A DNA stretch of 64,000 nucleotides from a phage. The translations under genes were made by a program, and so were the position numbers. The DNA is taken from sequence record NC_101835.1. One strand, 5' to 3'. The notes beneath the pieces are model-generated. The model ran no database searches. It was not told the DNA's origin and saw only the letters and a program-made list of their open reading frames with translations. This document shows positions 9,801-18,566 of the stretch, piece after piece; the stretch's first letter is position 1, and every line of letters starts with the position of its first letter.

Positions 9801-10195
9801 AGATTGAGATTACTAAAGAAGGTAAGAAAGTGTCCGGCAACTATGCAACAGTAATTCGGGATTTAATGTTTGAAGCCACCAAGATCGGTACATCTAAAGT
9901 TGGTCAAACTGTTAGTGTGAAAAGTAATATCTCCACAGGAGAGAAGGTATTCATTGTGGTCAAAGGGCAGGATCCCGTGGAAGGAACAGTGGGCCGAGGT
10001 GGCTACCTGTGCATTTCTGAAGAGCCGCGTATGTTAGTGGCTGACGCTACTATGGGTGGGAAACGTGTGTGCGAGGCGGATGAGGTAATGATTATCCAAC
10101 CTGTTGATCCAGATGACCCAGCAACTTGGGTGGTAGGAAATGAAATCTTCTCTTTAGAAGAGTTATCCTTCCCAGCACCGCGCTCTGTTCAGTAA
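9797..10195 (+). CDS. hypothetical protein
   Basis: Track ORF, start overlaps upstream stop. Confidence 0.5.
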   Translation: MKIEITKEGKKVSGNYATVIRDLMFEATKIGTSKVGQTVSVKSNISTGEKVFIVVKGQDPVEGTVGRGGYLCISEEPRMLVADATMGGKRVCEADEVMIIQPVDPDDPATWVVGNEIFSLEELSFPAPRSVQ

Positions 10196-10232
10196 TAATT
10201 TATCTTACCAGGGACGGTAGGTAGGAGGTAGC

Positions 10233-10466
10233 ATGAAAGTTAAATTTCTTACAGATTTAGGGTACCCTTCCTTGGTTGACTGTGTTGGTAAAATTGTGGA
10301 AGCAAAACGGCTATCTGCAAACGAGAATGTTGTCCTGGTTAAAGGGAAGGATTTACTAGCTGCAGGTGCAGAGTCTGGCAGGATCTCTCCTGATTATATG
10401 TATTACCTATCTTTAAGTAATCTGCCAGAGCGAGGCGGTAAAGGCCTTGAAGTTGTGGAGGAGTGA
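10233..10466 (+). CDS. small acidic protein, MKVK...VEVVEE family
   Basis: MKVKFL N-terminus, VKGKDLLAAGA core, C-terminal LEVVEE; paralog of 13792 and 14009. Confidence 0.55.
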   Translation: MKVKFLTDLGYPSLVDCVGKIVEAKRLSANENVVLVKGKDLLAAGAESGRISPDYMYYLSLSNLPERGGKGLEVVEE

Positions 10467-10996
10467 CAGGTATGCTTCTGATTAACTGGGAAGACCTCTA
10501 TGGGGACAAAGACCCTGTTGCGTTTGTTGATCGTAGGTGGAGATACACTGAAGAACAACTGGCGGCAAAAAATTTAACTGCAAAACGCAGAAAGATCATC
10601 CAGTGCAAGTACAAATACGCACAGTTTGCTGCAAAAGTGTCTCCACAAATCGAGAGCTTTGTGCTTAAATTGTATGACGAGTACCTCAAATTCAAATTGG
10701 ATTTTGTGCAGGTGTACCGTGCACAGGTACGACCAGATACCAACATATGTAGATGGAAGGTTGTTTGTGAAGGTAAAGATTTGCCGCTCAGCTTGACAAT
10801 TGAGTGGCGTTATGGGTATCATGAGTGTGGTCTGTATGATATTTGGGATGTCATTGTAGATCCTGCTAAGCATCTGAACACAGAGGAGCTGGAATATATC
10901 AATAAGGTTATTCTCGATATGTTTTTCAGCTACACACATGAAAACTCTGAGAAAGAACGGGATAATTTTCTTGACACCCTCAGCGACCATTTGTAG
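10463..10996 (+). CDS. hypothetical protein
   Basis: Track ORF, overlaps upstream stop. Confidence 0.5.
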   Translation: MTGMLLINWEDLYGDKDPVAFVDRRWRYTEEQLAAKNLTAKRRKIIQCKYKYAQFAAKVSPQIESFVLKLYDEYLKFKLDFVQVYRAQVRPDTNICRWKVVCEGKDLPLSLTIEWRYGYHECGLYDIWDVIVDPAKHLNTEELEYINKVILDMFFSYTHENSEKERDNFLDTLSDHL

Positions 10997-10999
10997 TAT
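10971..10999 (+). promoter_or_regulatory. sigma70-like promoter (TTGACA-17-TAGTAT)
   Basis: Consensus -35 with a reasonable -10, upstream of the 11027 gene. Confidence 0.45.
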
Positions 11000-11026
11000 A
11001 CAATTTAACCTACAAAGGGAGGACCA

Positions 11027-11254
11027 ATGAGTATAAATGTTGTGCTAATAGGTTACCTGGTAATGTCCGTTATAACAGCGGTATTCTTGACAGGTGTATG
11101 CATCGTGTCCAGACGAAGGGTGAAGTTTGATGATTTTATCACCATCATCACTGCTGCACCTTTTTGGCCTGTTGTTATCTTCATCGTAATAATGTGCCTA
11201 GTTGATTACTACAAGAATATCAGGAAGGAGAGTAGGGATGGAGACCGCACCTAA
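11027..11254 (+). CDS. small membrane protein (2 TM)
   Basis: GGGAGG RBS; two hydrophobic helices. Confidence 0.55.
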   Translation: MSINVVLIGYLVMSVITAVFLTGVCIVSRRRVKFDDFITIITAAPFWPVVIFIVIMCLVDYYKNIRKESRDGDRT

Positions 11255-11390
11255 AACTATCTATACTGTTCTTAAAGAGATTGCGTTCTACGCAGATCTT
11301 AGCCAGGCACCTTTATGGGAAAAGAGCATGTATTTAAAATGGTGCGTTAATTTAGGGAGACCTTCCAGTGTTTCAAGCCATGTTTATTGA
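11238..11390 (+). CDS. hypothetical protein
   Basis: ATG at 11238 with GGAAGGAG RBS; track ORF 11202-11390. Confidence 0.4.
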   Translation: METAPKTIYTVLKEIAFYADLSQAPLWEKSMYLKWCVNLGRPSSVSSHVY

Positions 11391-11487
11391 GATGCTATCT
11401 GGGATATTGTTACTGGTAGCCATCTTAGGTGGTGCAGTTCTGATGTATAACTATCTTGAAAAAGGAGACAGCAATGGTAAAAAATAA
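11380..11487 (+). CDS. small hydrophobic peptide (35 aa)
   Basis: MFIEMLSGILLLVAILGGAVLMYNYLEKGDSNGKK; below track cut-off. Confidence 0.3.
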   Translation: MFIEMLSGILLLVAILGGAVLMYNYLEKGDSNGKK

Positions 11488-11659
11488 ATCTTTAGAGCAG
11501 GCTGAAAACCTTCTCCACGAGCTGGTAAAGGAGTGGAAAGTTGAATACTCAGATTTTAATGCACGAGAGGGTGAAGATTATTGGCCTACGGAGCGCTCAG
11601 AGGGCGAATGGTATCAAGATTTTATAGAGTGGTTATATCAGACGTGCGATGAGGGGTGA
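11474..11659 (+). CDS. hypothetical acidic protein
   Basis: ATG at 11474 after AAGGAG; track ORF 11456-11659. Confidence 0.5.
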   Translation: MVKNKSLEQAENLLHELVKEWKVEYSDFNAREGEDYWPTERSEGEWYQDFIEWLYQTCDEG

Positions 11660-12126
11660 CGATGTTTGTTAAATATGTAAAAACGTGCCTCAACAGTCTT
11701 GGCAGAGAGCATTGGTACACCTTGCTTGAAAAAGGGGAAATTTTAACAAAATCTGGAAAGATAACTTTGATACCTCTTGATAGTAAAGGTAAAGACCCGT
11801 CACGACTTGTTATAGATGATTACGTTACAGGTGTGACGTTCGAGGTCTCTGTGGAGAGGTTAATACGCAGAGCTGGCGGCCCTTATGACCGAAGAGAGTA
11901 TGTTTTCGATTCCGTTACAGAGATGGGGGAGCATCCGTCTTTAATGTTCAGGATGGTAATCAGAGATATGAGGTCATCTATAGATAGGATCGTAAAGGAC
12001 ATTAAGGAACCTTTTAGAGTAAAAGTTAAGAAGTTTTTCGATTCTAAGATTAACATACTCGCCGTTGCACTAGGTGTAGTTCAACTTCTGTTAATTTTGC
12101 ACTATTTTGAACTGCTATTTAAGTAG
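11656..12126 (+). CDS. hypothetical protein with C-terminal TM helix
   Basis: Track ORF; hydrophobic C-terminus. Confidence 0.5.
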   Translation: MTMFVKYVKTCLNSLGREHWYTLLEKGEILTKSGKITLIPLDSKGKDPSRLVIDDYVTGVTFEVSVERLIRRAGGPYDRREYVFDSVTEMGEHPSLMFRMVIRDMRSSIDRIVKDIKEPFRVKVKKFFDSKINILAVALGVVQLLLILHYFELLFK

Positions 12127-12188
12127 TAGTTGAGATATGGCACAAAGGATGTGCCATAGTGAAATAAACTAAGAAAGAGGTAGAGAGA

Positions 12189-12536
12189 ATGCCAAAGATT
12201 AAAACGTTATTACTGTGGGTAGCTGTTTTAGCTTTTATAGGGTACTGGACTTGGGAAACTGAATTAAAAGATATCGGATATACCAGTCTTGAGAGCAAGG
12301 CGTGCATTGGCATAACCGATGCGTTCAGGCAAAATGCTATGGATCACGAATGTGTTGATGCAGATATAGATGAGAAACTGTCTAAGGACAAAGATTTTTA
12401 CCATGGGCATGCTTTACTTGATAGTGGTGACACTGTAGAGTTCTGGTCGTGGTTTCGTGAAGATGGAACAATAAAAACAGCAGTAAAGATCTCTAACAAA
12501 GAGTTAATGCTGTTGCAGCAAAAGGAGGCTCAATGA
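12189..12536 (+). CDS. membrane-anchored protein
   Basis: N-terminal signal-anchor (LLLWVAVLAFIGYW); RBS AAGAAAGAGG. Confidence 0.55.
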   Translation: MPKIKTLLLWVAVLAFIGYWTWETELKDIGYTSLESKACIGITDAFRQNAMDHECVDADIDEKLSKDKDFYHGHALLDSGDTVEFWSWFREDGTIKTAVKISNKELMLLQQKEAQ

Positions 12537-12820
12537 TCTGGATATCCTATGCTGATGGCACCATGCTGTATACTGCAGGTACCAGATATGAAGTTCAGGA
12601 GAACGATAAAAAATTTATCGTAAAAACATTTGACAAGGACGACAACCTTTTGCTAGAATTGACTTACAAAGTTGGAGAGGTATCCAATATCCAGTTGGAT
12701 TGTGGTCATAAAGATAATCCACTCAAAAAACCTGGAGTAGGTAAGGCTTCAGAAGAACGTCTGTCTCGTATTGCAGAAAGCGTTTCTCCCCAAAAATCTA
12801 AGAAGAGGACTAGAAAATGA
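12533..12820 (+). CDS. hypothetical protein
   Basis: Track ORF, coupled to neighbours. Confidence 0.5.
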   Translation: MIWISYADGTMLYTAGTRYEVQENDKKFIVKTFDKDDNLLLELTYKVGEVSNIQLDCGHKDNPLKKPGVGKASEERLSRIAESVSPQKSKKRTRK

Positions 12821-13011
12821 AAAACTTACGTTTTAACACTTATTACTACAACACATTGAATGATTTGTATTATATTGTTCGAAGTAAAAGTCCTGAAACA
12901 GTCCTATTCTGCCGCGAACCTTTCAAAGGGGAGGAAGTAGAGTCTGAGATGAATGTTAGCCAGATCACCTCTTTGTTGCTCTCAGGCGCAATGGAAGAAG
13001 CAATATTCTAA
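12817..13011 (+). CDS. hypothetical protein
   Basis: Track ORF, coupled to neighbours. Confidence 0.45.
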   Translation: MKNLRFNTYYYNTLNDLYYIVRSKSPETVLFCREPFKGEEVESEMNVSQITSLLLSGAMEEAIF

Positions 13012-13029
13012 ACCAGGCAGGAGGGTTTT

Positions 13030-13218
13030 ATGAAGCACTATTGCCTGTCTGGTAGAATGGGTGCAGATTGTGATTGGGTTTTCTTAAAACTTGTCAGCAT
13101 TCGAGAGTTCATCCCAGAGGAAGAGCAAGAAAGCGAGCTGATGTCATGGATCAACCATTACGGTAACACTTTTCGGCATGTTAAGGTAGAAGAGTTGCCA
13201 AGCGAGGCTGAATTATGA
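13030..13218 (+). CDS. hypothetical protein
   Basis: Track ORF. Confidence 0.45.
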   Translation: MKHYCLSGRMGADCDWVFLKLVSIREFIPEEEQESELMSWINHYGNTFRHVKVEELPSEAEL

Positions 13219-13511
13219 AACTTTTTGAGTGGTTTAAAAAGTTTAAATATAAAGCTGTAGCCATCGTGCCGTGGTCCATTCAGTGGGTTGATGAAGGTGG
13301 TCTACCGATACCTGGTGACAAAGATACTGGGTACTGGATTATGATGGAGAACGGGTTTGGAAAGCGAAAGTATACGTGCACAAACTCTACTCGATCTGCA
13401 CTTAATAGAGTGCCTGGTTACAAACTTATGGTTGTGTGGAAAATGTCAGGCGTGCCTCCAGCCAATGCTCAATTTCTTACTGACAATCCGACCACGGTAG
13501 AGGGAGATTGA
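13215..13511 (+). CDS. hypothetical protein
   Basis: Track ORF, ATGA overlap with upstream gene. Confidence 0.5.
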   Translation: MKLFEWFKKFKYKAVAIVPWSIQWVDEGGLPIPGDKDTGYWIMMENGFGKRKYTCTNSTRSALNRVPGYKLMVVWKMSGVPPANAQFLTDNPTTVEGD

Positions 13512-13795
13512 TAATGAAAAAGATTAACAGTAGTGAAGTAGAGTTTAAACTTGTCGGAAAAGGCACTTACTGGGAAGTTCGTCAAAAGGTATATTTGTTC
13601 GGTCTTATTCCCTACTGGTCTAAATTCTACTGGGGAGCTAACGAGTTGGGAAGATACGCCACCAAATCAATGGCACTTATTGGTATAGCAGAGTACATTG
13701 CAGCCCGAGACAGGGTTGGAACCACTTATTACTACACTGCTGACGATATTCGTAACAGTGTTTACGTCCCACAACCACCTGATGGAGACCGTTGA
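13508..13795 (+). CDS. hypothetical protein
   Basis: Track ORF, overlaps neighbours. Confidence 0.5.
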   Translation: MIMKKINSSEVEFKLVGKGTYWEVRQKVYLFGLIPYWSKFYWGANELGRYATKSMALIGIAEYIAARDRVGTTYYYTADDIRNSVYVPQPPDGDR

Positions 13796-14019
13796 TGAAA
13801 GTTAAAGTTTTAGATTCAAGCTTCTATATTGGTCAGGAGCCTTTAGTAGGAAAAGTGTTTACTGCTGTCCCTAACGAAGATTACCCTGACCTTTTAAAAA
13901 TAAAAGGAGCAGATCTTATTGCCGCTGGTGCATCTCAAGAATGCTTTGACAGTCAGTGGACCTATAACTTTGCCCTAGGTGAGGATGTAGAGGTAGTGGA
14001 GGACGATCATGAAGGTTAA
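13792..14019 (+). CDS. small acidic protein, MKVK...VEVVE family
   Basis: MMKVKVLDS...IKGADLIAAGA...GEDVEVVED. Confidence 0.55.
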   Translation: MMKVKVLDSSFYIGQEPLVGKVFTAVPNEDYPDLLKIKGADLIAAGASQECFDSQWTYNFALGEDVEVVEDDHEG

Positions 14020-14263
14020 AATTCTTGATTCTAACGTCTACTTGGGACAATCCTTCCTGAATGGAAAGGTCGTTCCTGCGGTATACTTTGAAGGGTTGCC
14101 GTGGGATGATCCTGTGCGGCAACATCACAGTTATGTAGGCCACAACGTGGTGTTTATCTTGGGATCAGACCTGATCACCGCTGGTGCACCTGAATATTAT
14201 TTCGGGGAAGAGTCCTACTATGCCTTTGGGGTAGGGTCAGATGCAGATATTGTAGAGCTGTGA
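14009..14263 (+). CDS. small acidic protein, MKVK family
   Basis: MKVKILDS...GSDLITAGA...SDADIVEL. Confidence 0.55.
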   Translation: MKVKILDSNVYLGQSFLNGKVVPAVYFEGLPWDDPVRQHHSYVGHNVVFILGSDLITAGAPEYYFGEESYYAFGVGSDADIVEL

Positions 14264-14275
14264 TGGGTAACCGTT

Positions 14276-14674
14276 GTGAAAAATAAACTGTTTAAAGTTA
14301 CAATGAAAATTCGCGGGGCTTGGAGCGTAAAGCAAGGGCGTATTCCAGAATTTGAGAAAGACTTCTACGTAGTCTCCACCTCGGAGGAGGCTGCATGCTG
14401 GCAGGCTGGCTATGCCTATGCAAGAACCTGGTACGAAGGATACCAGACTGGGGGCTATGACGGAGAAATTATCAGCAAGGGTGTAGAAGAAATTAATGTG
14501 TTGACAAGTGAAAAAGTTTTTGTTATAGTGCATCCAGATTCCAGAGTGAAGCATTACTGGAATGCCAGAACAAAAACTTGGACACCGTTTGCAGATTCTG
14601 CTACGCCACTTTTAAACCAGAAAGCTCTTGACTCTGCCCCAAGTTATGGGGTTGTTGAAGAAAAGCTAAACTGA
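14276..14674 (+). CDS. hypothetical protein (paralog of 16486-16881)
   Basis: Shared motif V.HP.S...YW.....WTP with the 16486 ORF. Confidence 0.55.
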   Translation: MKNKLFKVTMKIRGAWSVKQGRIPEFEKDFYVVSTSEEAACWQAGYAYARTWYEGYQTGGYDGEIISKGVEEINVLTSEKVFVIVHPDSRVKHYWNARTKTWTPFADSATPLLNQKALDSAPSYGVVEEKLN

Positions 14675-14691
14675 AACAGTGAGGTGTCACC

Positions 14692-14982
14692 ATGATGGAT
14701 TTAATTCTAAATATTGATAACGCAGGAGAGTTTAAAGACGATGGTGTAACAAGCATGGACAAACCCTGCTCTGCTAAGGTTGACTCAAAATGGACCTACA
14801 AGTTTGACGGAGAGATCTTCGCAAATGATGAGAAGGTTGTAGATGCTGCAGCCATTTTAAACGCTCTAGGGTACGACCCTGTGAATTCTTTGATCAAGGA
14901 TCCTGTTGAGTTTGCAGAGTATGTTCGAAAAATGGCAGATCTTGCTGTGGATATTTTAAAAACTATCGACAACAAGCTGTAA
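14692..14982 (+). CDS. hypothetical acidic protein
   Basis: Track ORF. Confidence 0.5.
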   Translation: MMDLILNIDNAGEFKDDGVTSMDKPCSAKVDSKWTYKFDGEIFANDEKVVDAAAILNALGYDPVNSLIKDPVEFAEYVRKMADLAVDILKTIDNKL

Positions 14983-14988
14983 AAACTG

Positions 14989-15017
14989 TTGACACAACGC
15001 TTCAGATTTAGTATCAT
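14989..15017 (+). promoter_or_regulatory. sigma70-like promoter (TTGACA-17-TATCAT)
   Basis: Upstream of the HPF gene. Confidence 0.5.
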
Positions 15018-15066
15018 TGTTTTCAAAGAGAGATAGTTATTCCCTCTTCCTTAAAAGGAACACGTT

Positions 15067-15387
15067 ATGCAAATTGAAATCACTGGCAACAATGTAGAAA
15101 TCACAGAAGGTATGGTATCTTTTATTTCCCGCAAAATGTCCAAGCTGGAGCGTTTACATCCCTCTGTTAACTATGCACGTGTGAGTGTAAAAGTTGAAAA
15201 TGATCACCAGGAAGTTATGGCGTTCATTTTTGACAATTCTGGAAAAGAAGTTATTGCCAAGGCTAAAGGCAGTGATGCTTACGAGGCAACTGACCGTATG
15301 GTAGATGTTGCAGCACGTCAGCTGGCTAAATGCGGTGGAAAGAAAGGTAAGGGGAAAGGCAAAGTAAAGATTGACTTTGGAGAATGA
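15067..15387 (+). CDS. hpf: ribosome hibernation promoting factor (HPF/RaiA family)
   Basis: MQIEITGNNVEITEGM...KLER...V.VKVE closely parallels E. coli HPF N-terminus as I recall it; Lys/Gly-rich tail. Confidence 0.8.
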   Translation: MQIEITGNNVEITEGMVSFISRKMSKLERLHPSVNYARVSVKVENDHQEVMAFIFDNSGKEVIAKAKGSDAYEATDRMVDVAARQLAKCGGKKGKGKGKVKIDFGE

Positions 15388-15396
15388 GGTGCTACA

Positions 15397-15498
15397 ATGG
15401 GTGTGATTAAGAAATTAGTCCCAAATGTAGAGATTGCATGCTTTGAAATTATGTTTGCAATCGCAGTTGTAGTTAATGTGTTAGGTTACGGCTATTAA
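15397..15498 (+). CDS. small hydrophobic peptide (33 aa)
   Basis: MGVIKKLVPNVEIACFEIMFAIAVVVNVLGYGY; below track cut-off. Confidence 0.3.
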   Translation: MGVIKKLVPNVEIACFEIMFAIAVVVNVLGYGY

Positions 15499-15524
15499 TA
15501 TCAAATAATTGAGGAGACCTCTAA

Positions 15525-15794
15525 ATGAAAATTAAATTATTCCAAACTGAGCTGGCAGACAAAAATTGTGGACTGGTTGAAGGCATGATTGTTGAAGCAC
15601 AACCAGTGGACTATATGAAGGTGGTTCGTGATGCCCTAGGTGAAGGTTTTGATCTGATGGAGCCAGCTCTGCGAGAAGATGTTATCGAGATGGCTAAAAA
15701 GCACACACCTGAAGGTTTGGTGGTGTTTGTTGCACCGGGTAACGGAGAAGAGTTGATTGTAACTCCTGATGTGTATGAGATTGTAGAGGAATAA
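15525..15794 (+). CDS. small acidic protein, MKIK...YEIVEE family
   Basis: MKIKLF N-terminus, C-terminal VYEIVEE. Confidence 0.55.
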   Translation: MKIKLFQTELADKNCGLVEGMIVEAQPVDYMKVVRDALGEGFDLMEPALREDVIEMAKKHTPEGLVVFVAPGNGEELIVTPDVYEIVEE

Positions 15795-15885
15795 TCCTGC
15801 TTGGATTAGCATACTTCCTCGCTAAGGAAGATTTGTAATTATTTGTGGGAAAGGAGTCCCAATCTCTTACCAGAGGTGATACTAT

Positions 15886-16149
15886 ATGATTGTTTATTTT
15901 AAAACTTCAGGTGGATACCCTGATTCTCAAAGCTTGATCGGAAAAACGTGCACAGCATACTCACCTCTTGATGAGGAGGTAAGCGATATTTTACGAAATA
16001 TGTATCGGATTGACCCCCAAGAAGCCTTTGATCAAAACCTTGTATTTGTCAAGGGCTCAGATATGAAGTCTTTGGGAGCATTCCCTGAAGCAGATGATGA
16101 TGCCGTTTATTCGTTCATGACTCCTTTTGAAGCTATGGTTGTTGGGTGA
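15886..16149 (+). CDS. small acidic protein (counterpart of 13792 in duplicated module)
   Basis: LIGKTCTAY..VFVKGSDMKSLGA parallels LVGKVFTAV..LKIKGADLIAAGA. Confidence 0.5.
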   Translation: MIVYFKTSGGYPDSQSLIGKTCTAYSPLDEEVSDILRNMYRIDPQEAFDQNLVFVKGSDMKSLGAFPEADDDAVYSFMTPFEAMVVG

Positions 16150-16153
16150 TAAT

Positions 16154-16486
16154 ATGAAAGTACGCTTTATTGGTGAAACAATTCCTGTGCATCTCCGGTC
16201 GCCTGAGGATTCTGCAGATCTTGCATCTCAAAAGGCGAGAGGTTATGATAAGAAAGTAACCTCAACCGATGTAGTGCTTGAGGCTACTAGTCTACCTGAC
16301 CCTGCTGCATTCTTTAATCATTATGGGTACTATTTCAGCAATCTGATGAATATCGGTGAGCTTGTGTTTATTAGTGGTGGAGAAATTGTTAGCAAGCTTG
16401 GCGGCGATCCGGATATCTTTCATGAAACCTGTCCTTTTGCATTTGTGGTAGGTTCAGATGTGGAAGTTATTGAGGAGGTGCGGTAA
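16154..16486 (+). CDS. small acidic protein, MKV...VEVIEE family (counterpart of 14009)
   Basis: In-frame ATG at 16154 (track 16127); C-terminal FVVGSDVEVIEE. Confidence 0.5.
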   Translation: MKVRFIGETIPVHLRSPEDSADLASQKARGYDKKVTSTDVVLEATSLPDPAAFFNHYGYYFSNLMNIGELVFISGGEIVSKLGGDPDIFHETCPFAFVVGSDVEVIEEVR

Positions 16487-16881
16487 TGGTAAGCCTATAC
16501 CGTGTTGAGTATAGCTCAGATACTGTATACAACGTAAGAAGCAAAGATCGCAGCGACAGAGTGCAAGAAATGTATGTTCTTGCCGACAGTCCGTTATCTG
16601 CAGCGTTCAAGGCAGGGGCTCTTGCATCTCGTTGGAAATTTGAAGGTGGATCTTTCTATGAAGAAACCCTTGAAGATTCTGTTGTTATTTCTTCTGTAGA
16701 GGTTTCAGATGACTACGAAGGGAAAAAGTTCGTAATGCGGCACCCACACAGCAACATTGCGTACTACTGGGATGTTCTGAACAACGAGTGGACCCCAGAT
16801 CTTCAGAAGGCTACTGTGCTAACACCGTTTTTGGCAGATAAGTTCCCACCAGAAGGTAATTTATCCGCACTGTTTCAGTAA
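16486..16881 (+). CDS. hypothetical protein (paralog of 14276-14674)
   Basis: FVMRHPHSNIAYYWDVLNNEWTP vs VIVHPDSRVKHYWNARTKTWTP. Confidence 0.55.
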   Translation: MVSLYRVEYSSDTVYNVRSKDRSDRVQEMYVLADSPLSAAFKAGALASRWKFEGGSFYEETLEDSVVISSVEVSDDYEGKKFVMRHPHSNIAYYWDVLNNEWTPDLQKATVLTPFLADKFPPEGNLSALFQ

Positions 16882-16957
16882 TTTTCTTGCACACAGGTGT
16901 TGACAACGCCAACCCTGTGTGAAATAATACCTTCATCTTAATAAGACAGGGGACCGA

Positions 16958-17218
16958 TTGATGAAGATTAAATTGAAAAACCTTGAAACGGCAGAGATTC
17001 AGGACGGTGTTGATTTCCGTTCTAAAGATGGTGACATCTTAGAGGTAAATATTCCAACCTACGAGCTGATTAAAGGTTTTGGCAACGTTCCGGAAGAGGA
17101 TATTACAGAAATTCTTATGATGTTGATTCTTGACGGAACTGTGTTTGTAGGTGAAGGTGAGAACGCTATTGCAATCCCAGGCCATTTTTATGAAGTAGTT
17201 GACGAAGAGGTGCTGTAA
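16958..17218 (+). CDS. small acidic protein, MKIK...YEVVDEE family
   Basis: MMKIKLKN...FYEVVDEEVL. Confidence 0.55.
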   Translation: MMKIKLKNLETAEIQDGVDFRSKDGDILEVNIPTYELIKGFGNVPEEDITEILMMLILDGTVFVGEGENAIAIPGHFYEVVDEEVL

Positions 17219-17569
17219 ATGAAAGTAGAAATTACCGGTTTTGATGTGAATGTGGTTCCGGAAGATATTTTAGCTAAACTTCCAGAAGGTTTTGGTAACG
17301 GCGTTGTGGTGGATGCTGTTCCTCCTACCAAAGACATTCTGCTGCAGTATGGTGTAGCAGAGGAAGATGTCGATAAAGTTCTTACAATGATGGCAATCGA
17401 TCGTGTTGTCGTTGTTAAAGGTCTCGATAATTTTGAGAGTGATCCCTTGATTATTCGTGGAGATGACTACAAAATCATCGATAATGAAGGCCAAGAGTTC
17501 TATGAACCTTGTGCAGAAGATATTCTTAACTTATTACTGGAAGCAGGTACCGAAGAGGAGGACGAATAA
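17219..17569 (+). CDS. small acidic protein
   Basis: MKVEITG N-terminus; very acidic C-terminus. Confidence 0.5.
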   Translation: MKVEITGFDVNVVPEDILAKLPEGFGNGVVVDAVPPTKDILLQYGVAEEDVDKVLTMMAIDRVVVVKGLDNFESDPLIIRGDDYKIIDNEGQEFYEPCAEDILNLLLEAGTEEEDE

Positions 17570-17898
17570 TGAAGATTGACCCGTTACTGAAGGCTCGTGC
17601 AGAAAAAGCGTACACCATTAAGCTGACCAACCTGGTTCCTACTTGTCATCCAGATGTAGGTTGGCCTGAAGGTCTGGTAGAGGGGACTGTAACAGCTGCA
17701 TACCTCCCTAACATCAAATACCTCATGGAAATCTTGGAGCTGGATGAGGAAACGGCAGAAGAGTTCCAGTTGGACATGAAACAAAGTGGGACTCTGGTTA
17801 TTCACGGGTGGTACAATACTAGAGATGCAGAAGACCCTCTGGTAACTTCTAATCTGGCATATGAAATCTTAGGGCCTTTGAACCTGGAGGAAGACTAA
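17569..17898 (+). CDS. hypothetical acidic protein
   Basis: Track ORF, ATGA coupling. Confidence 0.5.
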   Translation: MKIDPLLKARAEKAYTIKLTNLVPTCHPDVGWPEGLVEGTVTAAYLPNIKYLMEILELDEETAEEFQLDMKQSGTLVIHGWYNTRDAEDPLVTSNLAYEILGPLNLEED

Positions 17899-18185
17899 TG
17901 AAAGATCTGGTTAAGATTAAGATTAAAGATACCAATGGAGAACTCAGTCATTTTGGAATTAATGATGGTGACGAGCTGATCGCACACCTGCCTACCAAGG
18001 AGGTTGTAAGCAAAGCAGTTGCCGGAGAAGAAGCTGCAATGCAGGCTGCAGGTGTGGATGAAAACTATGTAGCTATGTGCATGTGCCGAGATCAGGTTGT
18101 TCTGTATAAAGCGTATCGACCAAACGGAGCCACGGAGTGGCTTGTATTCCGACCCGAAGGATATGAAATCTTAGAGGCACTATGA
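17898..18185 (+). CDS. hypothetical protein
   Basis: Track ORF, ATGA coupling. Confidence 0.5.
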   Translation: MKDLVKIKIKDTNGELSHFGINDGDELIAHLPTKEVVSKAVAGEEAAMQAAGVDENYVAMCMCRDQVVLYKAYRPNGATEWLVFRPEGYEILEAL

Positions 18186-18265
18186 TAAATCTTGCCAAGG
18201 TTGCAACGGCACTGTTAGTTATTTGCTGGTCTGTAACCTTAACACTGTGTCTTGTATTTCAGTGA
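18182..18265 (+). CDS. small hydrophobic peptide (27 aa)
   Basis: MINLAKVATALLVICWSVTLTLCLVFQ; ATGA overlap with upstream stop. Confidence 0.3.
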   Translation: MINLAKVATALLVICWSVTLTLCLVFQ

Positions 18266-18274
18266 GGTGCTTGT

Positions 18275-18538
18275 ATGAACATCCTGATGTGGGTTATAGC
18301 AGTGGCGTTTGTTGCATGTTTTTGCTGCTGGGTTGCGGTGAGGATTTCTGTAGCTACCCTTCGGAAGTTGGGGTTCTCAGAATGGGATATTAATATCCTT
18401 TCTTTTCGCAATGAAACAATCTCAGCCGCCCTGCTTTGTAAGAAATTTAAGTGGGAACCTTGTGAGGTCATGAGCTATCTAAGAACAGGCGATATCCCTG
18501 AAAGATTTAAAAAAGTTCTTGACGGCAAGGATAAATGA
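18275..18538 (+). CDS. small membrane protein
   Basis: N-terminal TM (ILMWVIAVAFVACFCCWVAV). Confidence 0.5.
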   Translation: MNILMWVIAVAFVACFCCWVAVRISVATLRKLGFSEWDINILSFRNETISAALLCKKFKWEPCEVMSYLRTGDIPERFKKVLDGKDK

Positions 18539-18566
18539 CAGTATAGTGACTAACAAGAGGTGAGGA

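Noticed and set aside
12131-12160. Perfect hairpin ATGGCACA-aagga-TGTGCCAT as a terminator
   Set aside because: No downstream T-run; may still be a regulatory or processing site.
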